Positions 50,151 through 56,959 of a stretch of 64,000 nt of DNA are shown in pieces. The notes under the pieces were generated by a model. The model was not told the DNA's origin, did no database searches, and saw only the letters and a program-made list of their open reading frames with translations. The stretch comes from Candidatus Omnitrophota bacterium (lineage in GTDB: Bacteria > Omnitrophota > Gorgyraeia > Gygaellales > Profunditerraquicolaceae): NCBI GenBank assembly GCA_028716965.1, contig JAQUOV010000004.1:76298-140297 (forward strand), given 5' to 3'. Every line of letters begins with the position of its first letter. Within the stretch, counting starts at the first letter, position 1. The position numbers and the translations under genes are program-made.

Positions 50151-51155
50151 ATGATAATTTTCTTAATTTTACTGCTTTTGGCCGCGATCTCTTTCTTTTT
50201 CTCATCCGCGGAGACCTCAATCATCGGCTTAAACAAGGTCCGCCTGCGCCATATGCTGAAAAAAGGGGTTAAGCGCGCCCAGAATGTCCAGCGGCTGGTA
50301 ACCAAGCTGGATAAAGTAATCGCCGCCATACTGATCGGCAATAACCTGGTAAATATAGCGATCTCTTCAATCGTCACCGGTATATTCGTGCAGATCTATG
50401 GTTACCATTGGGGGGTAGTTGCCGCTACTTTTACTACCACTATCCTCTTGCTTATTTTTTGCGAAGTAACCCCAAAAATATTCTCGGCAAAACATTCAGA
50501 TAAGGTAGCGCTTATTGCCGCTCCGCTAATGGAGGTTATCGTCGTAATCTTAAAACCCCTGATTGCGCTGTTTATCGGCATCAGCAATCTTATTCTAAAA
50601 ATATTCGGGGTGGAACCTTCCAGGCGTTCCCCTTTAATTACCGAAGAAGAGCTGCGCACGATGATCGAAATAGGCAAGGAGGAGGGGGTTTTAAGCGAAG
50701 AAGAGCGTAAAATGCTGCACCGTATATTTGAATTCGGTGATACCAAGCTAAGCGATGTCATGGTGGCGAAGGATAATATTGTAGCCGTTAATATCAATAC
50801 CGGTTCCGAGGACCTGCTGAATTTATTCGTGGAAGAAGGGCATGCCCGGCTTCCGGTATATAACGGTTCACTGGAAAATATCGTGGGCATAGTTTACGCG
50901 CGCGACCTGCTCTATATATTGAGGGAAAAAGGGCTGTTCCTGCTGCAGGACCTGCTGCATGATGCCTGTTATGTCCCGGGGTCAATGCGCGTTAATGAGC
51001 TTTTGAAAAGATTCCAGACAGAGAAGATACAGATCGCTATTGTTACGGATAAGGACAAGAAGACCCTGGGCCTGGTTACTTTAGAGGACCTCCTGGAAGA
51101 GATTGTCGGTGAGATTGAAGAGAGGCATTCCAAGACCAGGAAGGCCGCAAAATAA
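50151..51155 (+). CDS. CNNM/HlyC-CorC-family transporter (DUF21 membrane domain + CBS pair)
   Basis: N-terminal 4-TM DUF21 region followed by tandem CBS domains; no C-terminal CorC_HlyC domain. Confidence 0.85.
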   Translation: MIIFLILLLLAAISFFFSSAETSIIGLNKVRLRHMLKKGVKRAQNVQRLVTKLDKVIAAILIGNNLVNIAISSIVTGIFVQIYGYHWGVVAATFTTTILLLIFCEVTPKIFSAKHSDKVALIAAPLMEVIVVILKPLIALFIGISNLILKIFGVEPSRRSPLITEEELRTMIEIGKEEGVLSEEERKMLHRIFEFGDTKLSDVMVAKDNIVAVNINTGSEDLLNLFVEEGHARLPVYNGSLENIVGIVYARDLLYILREKGLFLLQDLLHDACYVPGSMRVNELLKRFQTEKIQIAIVTDKDKKTLGLVTLEDLLEEIVGEIEERHSKTRKAAK

Positions 51156-51162
51156 GAATTGT

Positions 51163-51191
51163 TTGACATAAAAATTCGGCTGTGATAAGAT
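51163..51191 (+). promoter_or_regulatory. sigma70-like promoter (TTGACA-17nt-TAAGAT) upstream of the small zinc-ribbon ORF
   Basis: Read directly; an AAGGAGG RBS precedes the ATG at 51237. Confidence 0.4.
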
Positions 51192-51236
51192 TAACCTGTA
51201 GTTAAACCTGTAATGTTGCATAACAAGGAGGAACAA

Positions 51237-51386
51237 ATGGCTGAAACAGGATATTGCGTAAAATGCAAAGGCAAGAAAGATATGAAAGATGAGCAGAAGG
51301 TAACTATGAAGAATGGCCGCGCAGCAATGAAAGGCAAATGTCCCGAGTGCGGAACCGGAATGTATAAGATCTTAGGCAAAAAGTAA
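51237..51386 (+). CDS. small zinc-ribbon protein (49 aa, CxxC...CPECG; DUF5679-like), absent from the ORF track because it is shorter than 60 aa
   Basis: Strong RBS (acaaggagg) 7 nt upstream; MAETGYCVKCKGKKDMKDEQKVTMKNGRAAMKGKCPECGTGMYKILGKK. Confidence 0.6.
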   Translation: MAETGYCVKCKGKKDMKDEQKVTMKNGRAAMKGKCPECGTGMYKILGKK

Positions 51387-51429
51387 GGGAATATACCGAA
51401 ATAGGAGTATTAAAATAGAATCAAAACAG

Positions 51430-51771
51430 TTGGCTCAAGCTATTGCCCGGGCTGCTAAATCCATAAAAGCCGAGAATGTTGTTATTCTTGATGTTGCAAA
51501 AATAGCCGGTTTCTGCGATTATTTTGTTATCGCCAGCGGTAACTCTTTAAGGCAGACCGTTGCTATTGCCCAGGCAATCCAGGACAATTTGGAAAAAATT
51601 GGGATAAAATCTCTCTCAAAGGTTCCCCGCGGCGACGAATCCGGTTGGATAGCCCTAGATTATGTTTCGGTAATCGCCCACGCCTTTTATAAACCGATGA
51701 GAGAGTTTTATTCTTTAGAGAGCCTTTGGTCTGACGCGAAGAAAGTAAGGGTTATTTCCGCAAAGAGATGA
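51430..51771 (+). CDS. rsfS: ribosomal silencing factor RsfS (Iojap family)
   Basis: DYFVIASGNS motif; TTG start. Confidence 0.85.
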   Translation: MAQAIARAAKSIKAENVVILDVAKIAGFCDYFVIASGNSLRQTVAIAQAIQDNLEKIGIKSLSKVPRGDESGWIALDYVSVIAHAFYKPMREFYSLESLWSDAKKVRVISAKR

Positions 51772-51826
51772 TTAGTTAATACCAGCTTGCCGTTTTTGTA
51801 ACCGTCTTTTCTAAAAAATAATTAAA

Positions 51827-53464
51827 ATGCAGAGAAACATTCAAGATGAACTGATAGCTTTGGTTATCCGCGCGTTGCGGGCAGGCCAATTGGACAAGCT
51901 TCCCCATGAACAGGTCATCCTTGATTTCCCCACAGATAACCGCTTTGGAGATTTTACCACCAATATCGCTTTAAAATTAAGCAAGGCCCTTAAGAACCCT
52001 CCCCGCCAGATTGCTGCCTCATTGGTTGAGCTAATCCAGAAAGAAATTCCCGGGTCCGGATTAAAAGACCTGGTCAGCCAGGTAAAAGTTGAAGGCGCAG
52101 GCTTCATAAATTTCTATCTTAACGCGGGTTATTTTTACGATCAATTAAATAAAATAATCGTTCAGGGCCAAGATGCATTAAGGCTTGATTCAGGCAAAGG
52201 GAAAAAAGTCTTAATTGAGTACGTCAGCGCTAACCCTACAGGTTCCCTGTCGGTTGCTCATGCGCGCCAGGCAGCGGTAGGGGATTGTCTGGCCAATATC
52301 CTGGAATTTTTGAACTTTAAGGTGCAGCGCGAGTATTACCTTAACGATGAAGGCAACCAGATTAATATCCTCGGCAAGTCGGTCCAGCTGCGCAGTGAAG
52401 AGTTAGCGGGTAAAAAGGTTGAATTCCCTGAAAACTACTACCAGGGGGATTACATATATGATATCGCCAAGGAAGCGGATAAGCAGAAGGTCAGCGACTC
52501 CGGATTGGGTGATTTTGCCTCGGATTATATACTGGATATCATAAAAAAGGAGCTCTCTGATTTCGGGGTTAACTTTGACTGCTGGTATTCTCAGAAGGAG
52601 CTTGCTAAGAGCGGGAAAGTAGAGCAGTCCTTTAGCCAGTTAAAAGAGAAAGGTTTCCTGTTTGAAGAGGACGGCGCGCTCTGGTTTAAGTCAACTGCTT
52701 TCGGCGATGACAAAGACAGGGTGATTATTAAGAGCGACGGCAGCCAGACATACCTGGCGCCGGATATCGCCTATCATCAGGATAAATTTAACCGCGGTTT
52801 TAACTGGTTGATCAATCTTTGGGGCCCGGACCATCACGGCTACATTAACCGTATTAAGGCTGCAATACAGGCATTTGGCCATCCTGCGGATGATTTATCG
52901 GTAATTATCGTCCAGCTGGCAACCATCTTTCGCAACGGCCAGCCTGTGCAAATGTCCACCCGGCGCGGCCAATACATTACTTTGCGCGAGATTTTAGATG
53001 AAGTAGGTTCAGATGCCGCCAGGTTTTTCTTTTTAATGCGCCGTACCTCCAGCCATCTTGATTTTGACCTTGAGGTGGCTAAGAAACAAAGCGCGGAGAA
53101 CCCGGTCTATTATGTCCAGTACGCACACGCGCGGATTTGCAGCATATTACGCAGCGTCACTATCCAAAACAGCGGCGATTTGGAGCTTTCCGTGCTCAAG
53201 GAGAAGGAGGAACTGGAGCTTATTAAGAAGATGCTTGAGTTTAAGGCGGTTCTGAACATATGTTTGGTTACCTGCGACCCTTATATGGTTACGGTTTACC
53301 TGCAAGAGCTATCCGAAGCCTTCCATAAGTTTTATGACCTGCACCGGGTTTTGGGCCAGGCTGATGCGCTTACCAGCGCCAGGCTTGCCTTGATTAAAGG
53401 GGTAAAGATTGTTTTATCCTGCGGTTTAGAGTTGTTAGGCGTAAGCAGGCCTGAGAAAATGTGA
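51827..53464 (+). CDS. argS: arginine--tRNA ligase
   Basis: Class I HIGH-equivalent (SANPTGSLSVAHAR) and C-terminal DALR anticodon-binding domain. Confidence 0.95.
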   Translation: MQRNIQDELIALVIRALRAGQLDKLPHEQVILDFPTDNRFGDFTTNIALKLSKALKNPPRQIAASLVELIQKEIPGSGLKDLVSQVKVEGAGFINFYLNAGYFYDQLNKIIVQGQDALRLDSGKGKKVLIEYVSANPTGSLSVAHARQAAVGDCLANILEFLNFKVQREYYLNDEGNQINILGKSVQLRSEELAGKKVEFPENYYQGDYIYDIAKEADKQKVSDSGLGDFASDYILDIIKKELSDFGVNFDCWYSQKELAKSGKVEQSFSQLKEKGFLFEEDGALWFKSTAFGDDKDRVIIKSDGSQTYLAPDIAYHQDKFNRGFNWLINLWGPDHHGYINRIKAAIQAFGHPADDLSVIIVQLATIFRNGQPVQMSTRRGQYITLREILDEVGSDAARFFFLMRRTSSHLDFDLEVAKKQSAENPVYYVQYAHARICSILRSVTIQNSGDLELSVLKEKEELELIKKMLEFKAVLNICLVTCDPYMVTVYLQELSEAFHKFYDLHRVLGQADALTSARLALIKGVKIVLSCGLELLGVSRPEKM

Positions 53465-53497
53465 GCTTGAGGTTACGCCGAACCCATCTTAAAATAC

Positions 53498-55186
53498 ATG
53501 TCCTCTCATAAAATATTAAGATTAGCCACCCAGCACATACATCTGCAGAATCAATTCTCCAAAGAATTAGGCATCTCCAAGGTCCTGGCCCAGGTCCTGG
53601 TTAACCGTAAAGTAAGGTCTGCTTCCGAAGCAGAAAAATTCCTTAAAGCCGGCATGAAAGATTTGTTCAGTCCGCAGTTATTTTCCGATATGCTTAAAGC
53701 AACTGCTTTAGTCAGGAAAGCGAAGGAAAATAAAGAAAGGGTTATGGTTTTCGGTGATTATGACGTTGACGGCATAACCAGCACGGTCTTAATCAAGAAT
53801 ACGCTTGTTGTATCGGGCCTGGATGTCCTGCATCATATCCCGCACCGCATTACCGAAGGTTACGGTTTGAATAAAGAGATAATTAATTTTGCCAGAGAGA
53901 ACAAGGTAAAGCTCATGGTTACTGCCGACTGCGGCACAGCCAATCATAAGGAGGTAGAGGGTTTAAGGCAGGCAAATATTGATGTAATCGTTACCGACCA
54001 CCATGAGCCGCAGGGCGCAGGAATGCCCGCGGCCTCAAGTATTATTAATCCCAAGCTTAAAAATTCCGGATATCCTTTCAGGGATTTAGCCGGAGTAGGC
54101 GTGGCTTATAAATTCTGCCAGGCAATAAGCGGCTCTTTGCTTGATGAAGACCTGGACCTGGTTACTTTAGGCACTATCGCCGACAGCGTACCTTTAAACG
54201 GAGAGAACCGTATCATCGCCAGAGAAGGGTTGTTGCGCCTGCCGGATACCAAAAGAGAAGGCCTGCGTGCCATAATTGATAACGCGGGGATCAGAAACAA
54301 GAAATTTAATTCCACTTATGTAAGTTTTATTATTGCACCGCGTTTAAATGCTTCCGGCAGGATGGGCAGCGCCGAATTGTCTTTAAAGTTATTGATGAGC
54401 AAGAGCCATGAAGAGGCTCAAGGCCTGGCCAAAGAGCTTGAGCAGTTTAACCGCCAGCGGCAGAAGGTGGAAGCTAAGATACTGGAAGAAGCGGAAGAGA
54501 TGATCAACCGGGAGATGAATTTTAAGGAGCAAAAGGTGATTGTGATTGCCAGGGATGACTGGCACCAGGGGGTGCTGGGGATTGTTGCTTCAAAGCTTGC
54601 GGACAGGTTTTATCGGCCGGCAATAGTCATCTCCTTGAATGAAGATTTATGCAAGGGTTCGGCACGCTCAATAAAGAATTTTCATCTTTTTGACGCATTA
54701 GTGGAATGTAAAGAGCTTTTGGACAGCTTTGGCGGCCATGCTCACGCAGCAGGGCTGTTGATTACAAAAGATAATATTGATGATTTCAGGAAGAGTATCA
54801 ATAAGCTGGCGCATGACCGCCTGAACATTGAAGACCTGCTTCCCAGTATGGATATTGACGCGGAGCTTTTTTTAAATGATTTAAATGAACCGATGGTCAG
54901 GGAGCTGGAATCTTTAGAGCCGTTCGGTATGGCAAATCCCGAGCCTTTATTTTATACGCGCGGGCTTAAGTTAAAAGGGCAGGTGCAGAGCTTAAGCCGT
55001 GAGACGCTTAAGTTCTGGGTAAGCGATGGAGTAACTACTTGTCAGGTTATTGGCTTCGGCATGGCAGGTTTGCTAAACAGCCTTATGCAGGCGCATTCAT
55101 TTGACTTAGTTTATACTCCGAAGATAGACAGCTGGCGGCAGGATGAATCCTTGATCCTTGAGGCAAAAGATATATTCTTTAAATAG
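53498..55186 (+). CDS. recJ: single-stranded-DNA-specific exonuclease RecJ
   Basis: DHH motifs (GDYDVDG, DHH) and DHHA1 domain. Confidence 0.93.
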   Translation: MSSHKILRLATQHIHLQNQFSKELGISKVLAQVLVNRKVRSASEAEKFLKAGMKDLFSPQLFSDMLKATALVRKAKENKERVMVFGDYDVDGITSTVLIKNTLVVSGLDVLHHIPHRITEGYGLNKEIINFARENKVKLMVTADCGTANHKEVEGLRQANIDVIVTDHHEPQGAGMPAASSIINPKLKNSGYPFRDLAGVGVAYKFCQAISGSLLDEDLDLVTLGTIADSVPLNGENRIIAREGLLRLPDTKREGLRAIIDNAGIRNKKFNSTYVSFIIAPRLNASGRMGSAELSLKLLMSKSHEEAQGLAKELEQFNRQRQKVEAKILEEAEEMINREMNFKEQKVIVIARDDWHQGVLGIVASKLADRFYRPAIVISLNEDLCKGSARSIKNFHLFDALVECKELLDSFGGHAHAAGLLITKDNIDDFRKSINKLAHDRLNIEDLLPSMDIDAELFLNDLNEPMVRELESLEPFGMANPEPLFYTRGLKLKGQVQSLSRETLKFWVSDGVTTCQVIGFGMAGLLNSLMQAHSFDLVYTPKIDSWRQDESLILEAKDIFFK

Positions 55187-55189
55187 ATT

Positions 55190-55417
55190 TTAAGCCTTTT
55201 TGAATTCGCCTTTTTTGATGCATTTGGTGCAGACGTATACTTGCCGGGGATGTCCCTTGATCAGTATGCGCATCTTCTGAAGATTCGGAAGAAATTTGCG
55301 TTTGGTCCAGCGGGCGATCTTTGAACCTGTGCCGCCTTTAGCCTTATACTGGCCTTTTCTGGATATTGATTTTCCGTTAAGCGCGCCTTTTTTGCAGATT
55401 GCACATTTCTTAAGCAT
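55190..55417 (-). CDS. rpmB: 50S ribosomal protein L28
   Basis: Typical L28 sequence (CAICxKG...VCTKC). This is the only convincing minus-strand gene in the window. Confidence 0.93.
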   Translation of the reverse strand: MLKKCAICKKGALNGKSISRKGQYKAKGGTGSKIARWTKRKFLPNLQKMRILIKGHPRQVYVCTKCIKKGEFKKA

Positions 55418-55447
55418 TGAACTTACTCCTTATTAATTAGTCTCATA

Positions 55448-55475
55448 AGTATACTTGAAATTACGGCATTGTCAA
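55448..55475 (-). promoter_or_regulatory. sigma70-like promoter for rpmB (TTGACA-16nt-TATACT on the minus strand)
   Basis: Read on the reverse complement; GGAG RBS at 55421-55430. Confidence 0.5.
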
Positions 55476-55492
55476 GATAGAATATAAATGCG

Positions 55493-55618
55493 CCTGGTTT
55501 GTCTTGTTTCTTGCAGAGGCGCTTGCCTGCCCCAGCGTGGCAGGCTTCGCTCGGGTCGGCGGCGTCGCTCTCCGCCTTCGGCGGAACCATGCCTGCCCGG
55601 CCTGTAAATGCCCTGTTT
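55493..55618 (-). repeat. GC-rich structured intergenic element, copy B (same orientation as rpmB, upstream of its promoter)
   Basis: Reverse complement aligns block-by-block with 23657-23800, including the covarying hairpin and the aaacaagacaa tail. Confidence 0.5.
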
Positions 55619-55723
55619 AAATGTAGTTGCCAATCCATCCGCGTAATTTGCGTACGTTTAAGCACGGTTTAGACAGTAGCATTTAGATGTAGGCAATGAT
55701 GGATAAAAACAATTAGTAGATGT

Positions 55724-56269
55724 TTGGGAGAGGGTATGAACCCGTTATTTAAATATCATGCAAGGGATGCAGGGGGAGCAGCAAGAGACGGCATAATCGG
55801 GTCCCTGGATGAAGCTGATGTTGTAAGCAAGCTTCAAGAGCAAGGGTTAGTTGTAGTTTCTATTGAAATGTTAAAGGATGGGAAGCCGGAAATAGCCGAA
55901 GAAGCGGTTTATAAAATACCGGCGGGAGAAAAGCAGCATGGTATGACAAAAAGATGCCCCTATTGCGCAGAAGAAATACAGGAAGCGGCAATACTGTGCA
56001 GGTTTTGCGGTAAGCAGTTAGAAGGGAAATTCCGGGATGTTAAATGGTATTTTAAGACCCGCGGGATAGTCATTGCCTCTTTATGCGTAGGCCCGCTGGC
56101 TTTGCCCCTGGTATGGTTTAATTCCCGCTTCAGCCGGAAAACAAAGATAATCGCAACAATAATAATTATTATTTTAAGTTATTTTATGGTAAATTTATTT
56201 ATGAACTCCCTAAGGTCTTTAAAGCAATATTACGGGTTATTCTCAGATACTAATCTTCAACTTTTCTAA
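55724..56269 (+). CDS. zinc-ribbon (CPYC...CRFCG) protein with C-terminal transmembrane segments
   Basis: The [19 protein letters not shown] motif matches the trp-operon zinc-ribbon protein and is followed by two hydrophobic helices. TTG start; an ATG 12 nt downstream is also possible. Confidence 0.55.
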   Translation: MGEGMNPLFKYHARDAGGAARDGIIGSLDEADVVSKLQEQGLVVVSIEMLKDGKPEIAEEAVYKIPAGEKQHGMTKRCPYCAEEIQEAAILCRFCGKQLEGKFRDVKWYFKTRGIVIASLCVGPLALPLVWFNSRFSRKTKIIATIIIIILSYFMVNLFMNSLRSLKQYYGLFSDTNLQLF

Positions 56270-56314
56270 AGGGGAGCAAGCGGAGTTAGGCTATGATGAA
56301 GGAGGATAAGGCAT

Positions 56315-56707
56315 ATGGGGTTATTTAATTTTTCCCGGAAGAAAAAAGATCTGCCTCAAAAACCCGGCTTTATTGAAAGAAGAATGTTGCCGAGGTGGAA
56401 GATTGTTTCTTCAGCTAAAGTAAAATTGCAGAATTCCGAGGATTACATAGCTTGTGAAGTCAGGGATTTGAACTTGAGAGGGTTTTGTTTGGGGGTGGCA
56501 GAAGAAATTTCCGGCAATGAAGTTCGGATGGAGCTTTATTTTAATGAGAAATACTTTTTTGATATTGAGGCTTCAGTTACCTGGCATAAAGAAGCTGATG
56601 GTAAACATATTTATGGTTTAAAATTCTTGAGGGTCCGTGATTCCGACAGGGAAAAGATTTATCAGATGATGAAAGATATTTTTTCCGATTATCTTGGTAA
56701 GCTGTGA
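56315..56707 (+). CDS. PilZ-domain protein (putative c-di-GMP receptor)
   Basis: RRMLPRWK (RxxxR) followed by a D-x-[SN]-x-x-G-like element (DLNLRG); size typical of stand-alone PilZ. Confidence 0.6.
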   Translation: MGLFNFSRKKKDLPQKPGFIERRMLPRWKIVSSAKVKLQNSEDYIACEVRDLNLRGFCLGVAEEISGNEVRMELYFNEKYFFDIEASVTWHKEADGKHIYGLKFLRVRDSDREKIYQMMKDIFSDYLGKL

Positions 56708-56762
56708 ATTAAATATTTGGCGTCATTTAAGAATAGCGTATTTTGTAGCAAAAGGAGGGAAG

Positions 56763-56921
56763 ATGAAAAAGAGCAAAATAATCGGGTATTTATTGCTGGT
56801 TTTTGCGCTTTACACAATAGTGGGCATGGTTGTTGATGACGCTGCTTACTGGGCGGCCTATAATTACGTGACGATAGCATTCTCTGTGATCAGCGGGATT
56901 GTGTTGTTAAGGCAAAAATAG
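56763..56921 (+). CDS. small two-helix membrane protein (52 aa)
   Basis: Strong RBS aaaggaggg 6 nt upstream of the ATG at 56763. The longer frame called by the ORF track lacks an RBS. Confidence 0.45.
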   Translation: MKKSKIIGYLLLVFALYTIVGMVVDDAAYWAAYNYVTIAFSVISGIVLLRQK

Positions 56922-56959
56922 CCGGTTACATAATAAACAAAGAAGTACGAAGGATATGC

